64,000 nt of DNA from an uncultured Pelagibacteraceae bacterium (GTDB lineage Bacteria > Pseudomonadota > Alphaproteobacteria > Pelagibacterales > Pelagibacteraceae), in the NCBI GenBank assembly GCA_902569735.1, contig CACFVE010000002.1:3730-67729 (forward strand). The letters run 5' to 3'. Positions 29,014 to 38,221 of this stretch are shown here, piece after piece. A program made the position numbers and the translations under genes. Each line of letters opens with the position of its first letter. Position 1 is the stretch's first letter. The notes below the pieces were generated by a model that saw only the letters and a list, made by a program, of their open reading frames with translations, searched no databases and was not told the origin of the DNA.

Positions 29014-29762
29014 TATAATACTTTAGCCTCATTTTTGAGTTTACTTACTAATTCAGCTACGTTTGCCACCTTAATCCCAGCTTTTCTTCTTGGTGGCTCC
29101 TCAACTTTTATTTGTTGAATTCTATTTGTGAGATCTAAACCTAAATCTTTGGCATTCAATTGTTCCATAGGTTTCTTTTTTGCTTTCATAATATTTGGAA
29201 GAGATGCAAACCTAGGTTCATTAAGTCTTAAATCACAAGAAACTACAGCTGGTAAATTAACTTCTATTGTTTCAAGTCCTTCGTCGATTTCTCTAACTAT
29301 CTCTACAGACTTATCTTTTAAATTTACTTTAGATGTAAAAGTTGCTTGAGGCCACTTAAGCATTGCAGCTAACATTTGACCTGTTTGATTACAATCATCA
29401 TCAATTGCCTGCTTACCTAAAAAAACCATGTCGGGTTTTTCTTTTTCTACAATTTTTTTTAATATTTTTGCTATACCTAAAGGCTCTATATAGCTGTCAG
29501 CTTTAACATGAATACCCTTATCAGCTCCTATAGCTAATGCTTTTCTAATACTTTCTTGAGCTTTGTCTTCTCCAATTGAAATAGCGACTACTTCTTTAAC
29601 TTTTCCAGACTCTTTAAGTTTAACCGACTCCTCTACTGCATTATCATCAGGAGGATTAGTTGACATTTTTACATTATCAGTATGAACGCCAGAGCCATCT
29701 TCTTTAACTCTGATTTGAACGTTGTAATCAATAACTCTTTTAACAGCTACTAAAATTTTCAT
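29013..29762 (-). CDS. etfB: Electron transfer flavoprotein beta subunit
   Basis: KRVIDYN, GKQAIDDDCNQTGQM and LNEPRFASLPNIMKAKKK motifs. Confidence 0.97.
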   Translation of the reverse strand: MKILVAVKRVIDYNVQIRVKEDGSGVHTDNVKMSTNPPDDNAVEESVKLKESGKVKEVVAISIGEDKAQESIRKALAIGADKGIHVKADSYIEPLGIAKILKKIVEKEKPDMVFLGKQAIDDDCNQTGQMLAAMLKWPQATFTSKVNLKDKSVEIVREIDEGLETIEVNLPAVVSCDLRLNEPRFASLPNIMKAKKKPMEQLNAKDLGLDLTNRIQQIKVEEPPRRKAGIKVANVAELVSKLKNEAKVL

Positions 29763-32195
29763 TTAAGCTCTAATTAATTTATTTTCTGAATCATATGGAG
29801 ACTCTTCTACTATAGAAGCTTCATGCATTTTACCTAGAATATCTATCTTTAATTTTTGACCAACTTTAGCTAATTCTGGTTTTACCATTCCCAAAGCAAT
29901 TGATTTATTTACTCTAAAGCCAAAGTCTCCACTAGTAGCTCTTCCAACTACTGAGCCGTTGTCATATATAGGATTATTTCCCAAGACATCTGCATCAGTT
30001 ACTCCATGTATTTCCATTGTTACTAATTTATTTGAAAAGCCTTTGGCTCTCCATTTGTCTAATGCCGCACGTCCTATAAAATCTCCTTTATTTGGGTGAA
30101 CAAATCTATCTAGTCCAGACTCGTAAGGTGAGTACTCAATTGATAATTCAGTTCCTACCAATTTATAAGATTTTTCTACTCTCAAACTATTCATAGCTCT
30201 GATCCCATATGGTTTTAAACCAAATTCTTTACCGGCTTCCATGAGTTGATCAAAAATATGATTTTGATATTCAATTGGATGATGTAATTCCCAGCCTAAT
30301 TCACCAACAAAGTTTACTCTCATTGCGCTGCATGGGGCTAAACCTATGTTGATGTTTTGTGCGCTTAACCATTTAAATCTTTCATTAGAAAAGTCTGATC
30401 TAGAAACTTTTTGCATAAGTTGTCTAGCTTTAGGGCCAGATACCACTAAAACTCCCATGCTATTTGTTAAATTTTCGTATTGAACTGTCCCATCTTTTGG
30501 CATCCATTTATGTATCCAGTCGTGATCAAGTCTTTGAAATGCTCCCGCAGAAACCAGATAAAAACTATCTTCAGCCTCTCTCATAATAGTAAATTCTGAA
30601 TGAACACCGCCTTTAGTATTTAAGGCGTGGCAAAGATTAATTCTTCCAATTTTTTTAGGAAGTTTATTAGCAACAAGCTTATCTAAAAATTCTTCAGCCC
30701 CTGAGCCTTTAATCCTACATTTTCCAAATGCAGTCATATCTAGAAGACCGACATTTTCTTTTACATTTTTACATTCACTCTCAACATTTTTAAACCATTT
30801 TGATCTTCTAAATGACCAGTCATCTTCCTGTTTCTCTCCTTCTTTTGCGAAGAAGTTTGCTCTTTCCCAGCCAAATTTTGCTCCAAAAACAGCTCCTAAT
30901 TTTTTTAAACGATCATAACAAGGCGCTTGTCTTAAAGGTCGACCTGCCTCCCTTTCTTCATCGGGATAGTGAACAGTAAACACATTTGCGTATGCTTCTT
31001 CATTTTTAGCTTTTAAATAAGACTTTGTTGCATAGGACCCATATCTTCTTGGTTCTACACCAAGCATATCTATTGTTGGCTCTCCATCAATAATCCATTC
31101 AGCTAATTGCCAACCCGCACCTCCTGCCGCAGTAATTCCAAAACTATGACCTTCATTAATCCAAAAATTTTTTAATCCCCATGCTGGGCCAACTATTGGA
31201 TTTCCATCAGGTGAGTAAGCGATAGCACCGTTATACACTTTTTTTACTCCCACCTCTCCAAATGCAGGAACTCTTTTTATAGCTCCTTCAATGTGTGGGG
31301 CTAATCGATCTAAATCTTCTTGAAATAATTCATATTCACTATCTTTTGAAGGACCATCAACATAACAACATGGTGCGCCTTTTTCATAAGGACCTAGCAA
31401 TAATCCTCCAGCTTCTTCTCTCATGTACCAAGAGTTGTCACTATCTCTAAGGACTCCCATTTCAGGCTTACCTTCTTTTCTTCTTTTTTGAATTTCTGGA
31501 TGAGGTTCAGTAACAATATATTGATGTTCAACTGGAATAACAGGAATTTCTAAACCAACCATATGTCCTGTTTGTCTAGCAAAATTTCCACTACAAGAGA
31601 CTACATGTTCACACTCTATATCTCCTTTATCAGTTTTAACTACCCAACCATCTTTTGTTTGTTTAATTGCTGTAACAGTTGTGTTTCTATAAATTTCAGC
31701 ACCATAGTTTCTTGCTCCAGTAGCTAGTGCTTGAGTTAAATCTGCTGGTTGAATATAGCCATCTTCAGGATGTTGTATTGCTCCGACTAATCCCTCAATA
31801 TTAATTAAAGGCCAAATTTCTTTTACTTGTTCAGGTTTTAAAAATTTTACATCCACTCCAATAGTTTTTGCTACCCCAGCGTATTGATGATACTCATCCA
31901 TTCTGTCTTGAGTTTGAGCTAAACGAATATTTGATACCACGCTAAATCCTACGTTTTTACCGGTTTCTTTTTCTAGAGATTTGTAAAGTTGAACTGCATA
32001 TCTATGAAGTTGTCCAACTGAGTAACTCATATTAAATAAAGGCAATAGGCCTGCAGCATGCCAAGTAGAACCAGAAGTAAGTTCTTTTCTTTCAATCAAT
32101 ACAACGTCTGACCAACCTTTTTTAGCTAAATGATATAGGACACTTACTCCAACTACTCCTCCACCAATTACAACTACTTTCGATTTAGATTTCAT
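29763..32195 (-). CDS. Dimethylglycine dehydrogenase-like GcvT-family flavoprotein
   Basis: GGGVVG, ELTSGSTWHAAG and a C-terminal folate-binding domain; co-transcribed with etfBA. The exact substrate is not determinable from sequence. Confidence 0.88.
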   Translation of the reverse strand: MKSKSKVVVIGGGVVGVSVLYHLAKKGWSDVVLIERKELTSGSTWHAAGLLPLFNMSYSVGQLHRYAVQLYKSLEKETGKNVGFSVVSNIRLAQTQDRMDEYHQYAGVAKTIGVDVKFLKPEQVKEIWPLINIEGLVGAIQHPEDGYIQPADLTQALATGARNYGAEIYRNTTVTAIKQTKDGWVVKTDKGDIECEHVVSCSGNFARQTGHMVGLEIPVIPVEHQYIVTEPHPEIQKRRKEGKPEMGVLRDSDNSWYMREEAGGLLLGPYEKGAPCCYVDGPSKDSEYELFQEDLDRLAPHIEGAIKRVPAFGEVGVKKVYNGAIAYSPDGNPIVGPAWGLKNFWINEGHSFGITAAGGAGWQLAEWIIDGEPTIDMLGVEPRRYGSYATKSYLKAKNEEAYANVFTVHYPDEEREAGRPLRQAPCYDRLKKLGAVFGAKFGWERANFFAKEGEKQEDDWSFRRSKWFKNVESECKNVKENVGLLDMTAFGKCRIKGSGAEEFLDKLVANKLPKKIGRINLCHALNTKGGVHSEFTIMREAEDSFYLVSAGAFQRLDHDWIHKWMPKDGTVQYENLTNSMGVLVVSGPKARQLMQKVSRSDFSNERFKWLSAQNINIGLAPCSAMRVNFVGELGWELHHPIEYQNHIFDQLMEAGKEFGLKPYGIRAMNSLRVEKSYKLVGTELSIEYSPYESGLDRFVHPNKGDFIGRAALDKWRAKGFSNKLVTMEIHGVTDADVLGNNPIYDNGSVVGRATSGDFGFRVNKSIALGMVKPELAKVGQKLKIDILGKMHEASIVEESPYDSENKLIRA

Positions 32196-32272
32196 AGATA
32201 AATATTATATTTAATAGAAGGTGATGATACGTCAAGATAATCTAACTTGTAAATAGTGGAAAAGCTATGTTT

Positions 32273-32665
32273 TTATTCGAATGTTTTCAATTCTAGAACA
32301 TTTCCATTTGGATCTTCAATAAAAAATGTATTTTGCTGAAATTTAGTACCTTTAAATCTCGTATAAGGTTTATCAATATATTTTATATTATTGTTTTTTA
32401 AATTCGACTTAATGTGATTAAAAACTTCTTTTTTTAGGTGTACTCCAAAATGAGGAACTGGAACATTTCCCATATCCACGTCGTGATTTTCTCTTGGAAG
32501 TTTCATTTTAGTTTGATGTAAGGTTAATTCATTTCCCCAAAAATCGATATCTACCCATTTTCCCTCTTCTCTGTTTCCAGTCTTACATTCAAGAATTTCA
32601 GTATAAAACTTTTCTGTTTTTTCTAAATTTCCTGCTGGAAGGGCTAAATGAAATGAATTGCTCAT
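32273..32665 (-). CDS. VOC/glyoxalase family protein
   Basis: FHLA, WVDIDFWG, VPVPHFG and DPNGNVLE motifs. Confidence 0.88.
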   Translation of the reverse strand: MSNSFHLALPAGNLEKTEKFYTEILECKTGNREEGKWVDIDFWGNELTLHQTKMKLPRENHDVDMGNVPVPHFGVHLKKEVFNHIKSNLKNNNIKYIDKPYTRFKGTKFQQNTFFIEDPNGNVLELKTFE

Positions 32666-32721
32666 AATTCAAATCATTTAAATTAATTTTAAAATGTTTC
32701 AAGTGGTCAATTTAGTCAAGG

Positions 32722-32736
32722 TGCGAATAATTATCA
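32722..32736. promoter_or_regulatory. Candidate Fur-family operator
   Basis: TGCGAATAATTATCA differs at two positions from the 7-1-7 Fur box TGATAATnATTATCA. The AT-rich background lowers specificity. Confidence 0.4.
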
Positions 32737-32803
32737 TTAATGCAAGTCATTTAAGCGACAAATAAATCATTGTAAATTATAGTTTATTAATTATATTCGA
32801 ATT

Positions 32804-32923
32804 ATGGCATGTAATAATCCTAAATGTTTATGCACTAACTGCGTAAGTGATAAATGTCCTTGCGATGGTTTGAAAGAGTGCCTTTGTAAGTCTGAAGACT
32901 CGACTTGTTGCTGCAACAAGTAA
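32804..32923 (+). CDS. 39-aa Cys-rich peptide (metallothionein-like or Cys leader peptide), missed by the ORF track
   Basis: [39 protein letters not shown]: 11 Cys, three CxC motifs and CCC, no aromatic residues. TTGTAA-16-TATATT ends 6 nt before the ATG. Confidence 0.8.
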   Translation: MACNNPKCLCTNCVSDKCPCDGLKECLCKSEDSTCCCNK

Positions 32924-32949
32924 TCAGTCATTTTAAATCAAATTTAATT

Positions 32950-33528
32950 ATGAACGAATATTTAGACTCTATCATTAAAAGAGATCCGGCTGCAAAATCC
33001 AAGATCAGCCTATTATTAACTTATCCAGGAGTTAAAGCTGTTTTTTTTCATAAGGTAGCAAATTTTTTTCACTTAGCGGGATTTCATTTGTTGGCTAGAG
33101 TTATATCTCAAATAACAAGATTTTTTACAGGTATTGAAATTCATCCCGGAGCAAAGATTGGAAAGAATCTTTTTATTGATCACGGCATGGGTGTAGTAAT
33201 AGGAGAAACATCTGAGATAGGAAACAACGTAACTATATATCATGCTGTTACACTTGGAGGGATTTCACCAAGTATTGATAGCGAAAGACAAAGACATGAA
33301 AAAAGACACCCAACAATTGGAAATGATGTAGTGATAGGTTCAGGTGCACAAATTATAGGACCTATCAAAGTAGGCAATGGTTCCCGTATTGCTGCTAACG
33401 CAGTTGTTGTAAAAGATGTTCCTGATAATGCAACTATGGTAGGAGTTCCAGCTAAAATTATTAAGTCTGGTAACGAAGGACAGTTTAGGCCTTATGGCGT
33501 AGATGAAAAAGTAAAAGATGAGCAATAA
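32950..33528 (+). CDS. cysE: Serine O-acetyltransferase
   Basis: [27 protein letters not shown] and KRHPT motifs. ATG 32950 is the start, not TTG 32905. Confidence 0.95.
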   Translation: MNEYLDSIIKRDPAAKSKISLLLTYPGVKAVFFHKVANFFHLAGFHLLARVISQITRFFTGIEIHPGAKIGKNLFIDHGMGVVIGETSEIGNNVTIYHAVTLGGISPSIDSERQRHEKRHPTIGNDVVIGSGAQIIGPIKVGNGSRIAANAVVVKDVPDNATMVGVPAKIIKSGNEGQFRPYGVDEKVKDEQ

Positions 33529-33895
33529 AGATTGGGATCCAAATTTAACTCCTGAACAAAATTATGTTTTAAAACAAGAAGGAACTGAGTCTCCAGGATC
33601 AAGTGCTTTAAATAATGAAAAGAGAAAAGGTTCTTACCACTGTGTTGGTTGTGGAACAAAACTTTTTGATTCTAGCTCAAAATATGAAAGTGGATCTGGT
33701 TGGCCATCTTTTTTTAAATCTGTGCCAGATGTATTTGAGGAAAAAACCGATATGCATATTGGCTATCCAAGAACTGAATATCATTGTAAAAAATGTGGAG
33801 GACACCACGGACATATTTTCGAAGATGGGCCAAAACCTACTGGAAAACGTTATTGCAACAATGGCGTGTGCCTTGTTTTTAAACCTAAAAGTTGA
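33518..33895 (+). CDS. msrB: Methionine-R-sulfoxide reductase (cytoplasmic)
   Basis: GTE, Cxx[17 protein letters not shown] and RYCNNG motifs. Confidence 0.93.
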   Translation: MSNKDWDPNLTPEQNYVLKQEGTESPGSSALNNEKRKGSYHCVGCGTKLFDSSSKYESGSGWPSFFKSVPDVFEEKTDMHIGYPRTEYHCKKCGGHHGHIFEDGPKPTGKRYCNNGVCLVFKPKS

Positions 33896-34015
33896 AAAGT
33901 TATTCACTCACTCAATAAGTGTTTTGAATACAACTAGGTAAAGGATTAAAATTTATTTTGCCATGTCCACTAGACCAAGGCAACATAAATTTGTAAGACT
34001 TTCCTTTCATCCACC

Positions 34016-34576
34016 ATGATAAGAAAAAATATTCCCCGTCTACTTTTTATAACCCTTCTTTTTTTATTTTTTAACATCAGCCAACTTCAAGCAAATTGGA
34101 AACCTGCAAAAAATGGAGACAAGATTATTTTAATTAGGCACTCAAAAGCACCAGGATTTGGAGATCCCCCAGGGTTTAAACTTAAGGATTGTAAGACACA
34201 AAGAAATCTTAGCAAAGAAGGAATAAAACAATCAGAAACAATTGGGAAATTATTTAAAAAAAACCAAATTAAGATTGATCAAGTTTTAAGCAGCCAGTGG
34301 TGTAGATGTAAAGATACTGCTGAATATGCTTTTAAAAATTACAAAGAATTTCCAGCGCTCAATTCCACTTTTCAGCCGCCCCATGACAAAAATGCAAAGA
34401 AACAAATTAGAGAACTGAGAGATTATATTCAAAAATGGGAGGGGAATGGGGGTAACTTAGTACTAGTAACTCATTATGTAATAATTACAGCAATAACAGA
34501 TGTAGTACCAAGATCTGGTGAAATTGTTATCATAGATAAAAATTTTAATACTCTTTCAACTATTTTAACTAATTAG
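34016..34576 (+). CDS. Exported histidine phosphatase superfamily protein
   Basis: Signal peptide; LIRHS, QRNLS, SSQWCRCKDTA and LVTH motifs. Confidence 0.85.
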   Translation: MIRKNIPRLLFITLLFLFFNISQLQANWKPAKNGDKIILIRHSKAPGFGDPPGFKLKDCKTQRNLSKEGIKQSETIGKLFKKNQIKIDQVLSSQWCRCKDTAEYAFKNYKEFPALNSTFQPPHDKNAKKQIRELRDYIQKWEGNGGNLVLVTHYVIITAITDVVPRSGEIVIIDKNFNTLSTILTN

Positions 34577-34917
34577 AAAAAAATATAATAGGCGAAAATA
34601 GAAATAATCAAATATTCAATAGCTGTTTTAATCATTATTAAATATCTTTTATTACTAAATTTTGAATTAATATAAAGACTTAATCTTGCGAATGCCAAGT
34701 GAACCAAAATTATACTTACTACAATTCCAAGCAATGTTTGATAAAATGAGAAATTCTTTAACCCATAAAAGCAAGCAGCAATAAATGTTAACCAAGAGAT
34801 ATTTGAAACAAATAATGTAATTAACAAACCAGATCCTTTTTTAAAAATACTTTGAGATTTAATAAAAGTATAAGACCATAAAAGAGTAAATAAAAAGCCT
34901 ATGTATTTAATTATCAT
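34573..34917 (-). CDS. Hypothetical membrane protein
   Basis: 114 aa with about 4 hydrophobic segments; fills the gap between neighbouring genes. Confidence 0.65.
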   Translation of the reverse strand: MIIKYIGFLFTLLWSYTFIKSQSIFKKGSGLLITLFVSNISWLTFIAACFYGLKNFSFYQTLLGIVVSIILVHLAFARLSLYINSKFSNKRYLIMIKTAIEYLIISIFAYYIFF

Positions 34918-34967
34918 GAGCCAATATTGTAATTGCGAGAGATATCAAAGGCAAATATAAAGAGAGT

Positions 34968-35681
34968 ATGATTATTAAGCTAGTTTTTGCTTTTGGTGCT
35001 GGGTTTATAAGTTTTTTGACACCTTGTGTATTACCCATTATCCCAGGATATATTTCTTATATAACTGGTAAAAATTTAAATGAAATAGATCAGCATAAAA
35101 AAATAGTCTTATATAAAACAATTTTATTTTCTTTAGGATTTTCATTAGTGTTTATAATACTTGGTGCTACAGCATCTGCAGTTGGAAATATTTTATTATT
35201 TTTATCTAATGAATTAAGAATAGCAGCAGGAGTAATAATTATTCTTTTTGCTCTGCAAATGCTAGGTATTTTAAATTTTCAACTTTTAAACCAAGAAAAG
35301 CGAATTGATACAAAAGGATATAAGGATAATTATATATTTCCATTCATAGTAGGATCAGCTTTTGCTTTTGGTTGGACTCCATGTATTGGTCCAATTCTAG
35401 GTTCTATTTTAGCTTTATCAGCCACTGACGCATCTATAAGCAAAGGAATTCTTTTGCTTTCTTTTTATTCTTTAGGATTAGCTATTCCTTTTATTTTATC
35501 TGGTTATTATATGAATAGTTTTTTAATTTCTAAAAAGGGTTTTGGAAAATATTACAATAGAATAACCAAAACTGGTGGAGCTATATTATTAATAACTGGA
35601 ATTCTAATCGCGACTAATCAAATTCAAGTTATTAGTTATTATATTTTGACAATGTTTCCTTTCCTTACTAGTCTAGGTTAA
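34968..35681 (+). CDS. ccdA: CcdA/DsbD-type thiol-disulfide transmembrane electron transporter
   Basis: SFLTPCVLPIIPGY and FGWTPCIGPILG motifs. Confidence 0.92.
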   Translation: MIIKLVFAFGAGFISFLTPCVLPIIPGYISYITGKNLNEIDQHKKIVLYKTILFSLGFSLVFIILGATASAVGNILLFLSNELRIAAGVIIILFALQMLGILNFQLLNQEKRIDTKGYKDNYIFPFIVGSAFAFGWTPCIGPILGSILALSATDASISKGILLLSFYSLGLAIPFILSGYYMNSFLISKKGFGKYYNRITKTGGAILLITGILIATNQIQVISYYILTMFPFLTSLG

Positions 35682-36586
35682 TGAACGATATAACTGTTCT
35701 TGGGATATTTGTTGCCGATATCAGTTTTTCAGGAAATAAAATTCCAAGATCTGGGGAAACAATTTTGGGTGATAGCTATAATATTGGGCCTGGAGGAAAA
35801 GGATGCAATCAAGCTATAGCAATTTCAAGGTTGGGAGGAAAAGTAAATTTTATTTCTAAGTTAGGCAATGATGATTATGGCAGGCTTGCAATAGATAAAC
35901 TTCAAAAAGACAATATAGATACTTCAAATATAATTATTTCTAACAATCACAAGACTGGGGTTGCCGGTATTCATGTAGATAGAAATACTGGAAAAAATGC
36001 CATTACTGTTGTTAGAGGAGCTCCTTCAAGTTTAACTACTAAGGAAATTGATATAAATTTAATTAAGCAATCAAAAATATTTTTAACACAATTGGAAATC
36101 CCAATAGAGGTTACTTTGCACTGCTTGAAAGCTGCAAAAGAATTTGGCCTAATAAATATATTAAATCCTGCACCAGCATGTGAACTAAGCAGTGATTTTT
36201 TTAAGTTAGTTGATTACTTTACCCCTAATGAAACTGAAGCGGAGTTTTATACTGGAGTCAAAATCAACGATGAAAGTGATGCAAGAGTTAGCGCAAAAAA
36301 ACTAATAGATATGGGAATTAAAAAAGTCATAATTACTTTAGGTGAAAAAGGATTATTTTATTCAGACGGTAAGGAAGAAATTTACTTGAAAGCAACTGCA
36401 GATAAAGCAGTAGATACTACGGGAGCAGGAGACGCATTTAACGGAGGATTTTCGTTTGCATTACTAAAAGGAAAAAAAATAAAAGAGTGTTTAGAAATAG
36501 CTAACAAAGTAGCTGGTCTTTCTACTACAAAATTAGGCGCAGGTGACTCAATGCCAACTTTAAAAGATATTAATTTGAAGGTTTAA
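35681..36586 (+). CDS. rbsK: Ribokinase (PfkB family)
   Basis: PGGKGCNQA, LNPAPA, PNETEA and DTTGAGDAF motifs. Confidence 0.88.
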   Translation: MNDITVLGIFVADISFSGNKIPRSGETILGDSYNIGPGGKGCNQAIAISRLGGKVNFISKLGNDDYGRLAIDKLQKDNIDTSNIIISNNHKTGVAGIHVDRNTGKNAITVVRGAPSSLTTKEIDINLIKQSKIFLTQLEIPIEVTLHCLKAAKEFGLINILNPAPACELSSDFFKLVDYFTPNETEAEFYTGVKINDESDARVSAKKLIDMGIKKVIITLGEKGLFYSDGKEEIYLKATADKAVDTTGAGDAFNGGFSFALLKGKKIKECLEIANKVAGLSTTKLGAGDSMPTLKDINLKV

Positions 36587-37025
36587 AAATTAAGCAAAGA
36601 CCATTGTTGCAAAATCTTTTTCCAGTTGCACTTGGCCCATCATTAAAAACATGGCCATGGTGGACTCCGCACTTAGCACAATGATACTCAGTTCTAACCA
36701 TTCCAAATTTACGATCAACTTTTGTTTTAAAAGCTCCTGGTAAGGCTTCCGAAAAAGACGGCCATCCTGTTCCGCTATCAAACTTAGATGTGGAAGCAAA
36801 CAATTTTGCCCCACAATTTGCACAATGATAAAAACCATCTCTTTTCTCTTTATTTAATTCACTTGAAAACGGTCTTTCCGTTCCCTCATTAAACATAATA
36901 TTCTTTTGTTCGTCAGTTAAATCTTTATTAAAAAGTTTTTTTGCTGCTGCTGAGATAAAGCTGAAGGGTAATAATAAAGAGGAAATCAGTGACAAACCTA
37001 AAACTTTTAAAAAGCTTCTTCTCAT
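36570..37025 (-). CDS. msrB: MsrB with a predicted Tat signal (periplasmic)
   Basis: MRRSFLK plus a hydrophobic stretch; GTERPF, SGTGWPSF and RFCNNG motifs. Confidence 0.9.
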   Translation of the reverse strand: MRRSFLKVLGLSLISSLLLPFSFISAAAKKLFNKDLTDEQKNIMFNEGTERPFSSELNKEKRDGFYHCANCGAKLFASTSKFDSGTGWPSFSEALPGAFKTKVDRKFGMVRTEYHCAKCGVHHGHVFNDGPSATGKRFCNNGLCLIFKPSN

Positions 37026-37282
37026 TATGATTCTAAAAGTTTATCTAATTCACCGGTTCTATTAGCTTCTTGGAGTCTATCGTTTCCTCCAATATAATGA
37101 TCACCTATAAATATTTGAGGAATAGTTCTTGCGCCATTTGTTCTTTGCAACATTTCTTTTGCCTTAGCAGGATCTTTCCATATATCTAGTTCCTGAATTT
37201 CTACATTTTTGGTTTTCAATAAAGCCTTGGCTGCTTCACAAAATGAGCAAGGATCTCCAGTGTACATAGTGACTTTTTTCAT
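37025..37282 (-). CDS. grxC: Glutaredoxin 3-like protein
   Basis: CSFC, RTIPQIFIG and IGG motifs. Confidence 0.9.
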   Translation of the reverse strand: MKKVTMYTGDPCSFCEAAKALLKTKNVEIQELDIWKDPAKAKEMLQRTNGARTIPQIFIGDHYIGGNDRLQEANRTGELDKLLES

Positions 37283-37284
37283 AG

Positions 37285-37581
37285 TTAATATATATCAGTA
37301 ATTTTAATTTTTTCCCTGAGCTTTTTTCGCCCAAGTTTAAATTTTTTTCTATGCTTTATACTAGTGTTGTGAACTCTTTTTCTCCAAAGCCTAAATGAAC
37401 CTGGCTTTAAATTTTTTCTCATTAATTTAATTACATCTGATTCTGTTTTTCCTGTTTTCTCTCTTATCTCTTCAAAGGTAATACGATCTGCCCATGCCGC
37501 CCAGATAACCCAATTATCATCTTTTTCTTTTGGCTCTGGGTTTTTAACTTTTGTTTGTGGAATTAAACTTCTTTTTTTCAT
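37285..37581 (-). CDS. TIGR03643 (DUF2805) family protein
   Basis: AW.DR..FE.I....G..E..VIKLMR..LK..SFRLWRKRV pattern. Confidence 0.85.
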   Translation of the reverse strand: MKKRSLIPQTKVKNPEPKEKDDNWVIWAAWADRITFEEIREKTGKTESDVIKLMRKNLKPGSFRLWRKRVHNTSIKHRKKFKLGRKKLREKIKITDIY

Positions 37582-37606
37582 CAGTTTCTATATAATCGCT
37601 TTTAAA

Positions 37607-38221
37607 ATGTTTCCAACAGATTTTTTAATTTTCATACAAATAATTTTATTTTTGTTTATTACTCCAGGTCCGCCACGTGTAGTAATCGTTTCTCATACTT
37701 TAAATTATGGAATTAAAAAGTCTATATGGACTGCCTTTGGAGATATATCAGCGAATTTATGCCAAGGAATTTTGGTAGTTTTTTTCATTGGAACTTTTTT
37801 AAGTGACAATCCGGACATCCTTCAAACGCTAAAATGGGCTGGAATTTTATATATCATCTATTTAGCTTATGATACTTACACATCAAGGATTAAAATGGTT
37901 AACTCAAGAAGCAAGAGTCTTAAGTCTGTTTTTTCTTTTTATAGAGACGGTTTTTTGGTTGCAGGATTAAGTCCAAAATCAATAATATTTTTTGGAACAA
38001 TATTTACATCGTTTATTGATTTTACTTTAAATTATACTGCTCAATTTTTAATTTTAATAATTACTTACATAATTTTAGATTTTTTAACTTTAATGATCTA
38101 TGCGTTTGCGGCAAACAAAGTATCTATATGGTTTAAAGACAACCCAAAATTTTTAAATACAATCTCTGCGTGTGTATTAATTATTATAGCAATTTATATT
38201 GCTGTGACACAAAGTTTTTAA
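37607..38221 (+). CDS. LysE/RhtB family amino acid exporter
   Basis: ITPGP, LKWAGILYIIYL and GFLVAGLSPK motifs. Confidence 0.88.
   Translation: MFPTDFLIFIQIILFLFITPGPPRVVIVSHTLNYGIKKSIWTAFGDISANLCQGILVVFFIGTFLSDNPDILQTLKWAGILYIIYLAYDTYTSRIKMVNSRSKSLKSVFSFYRDGFLVAGLSPKSIIFFGTIFTSFIDFTLNYTAQFLILIITYIILDFLTLMIYAFAANKVSIWFKDNPKFLNTISACVLIIIAIYIAVTQSF

Noticed and set aside
9528-32195. soxBDAG plus dmgdh-like, ETF and ETF-QO as a novel pathway
   Set aside because: This is the established methylated-glycine oxidation route in this group, not a new system.
32905-32949. N-terminal extension of cysE given by the ORF track
   Set aside because: The TTG start lies inside the Cys-rich ORF; CysE similarity begins at ATG 32950.
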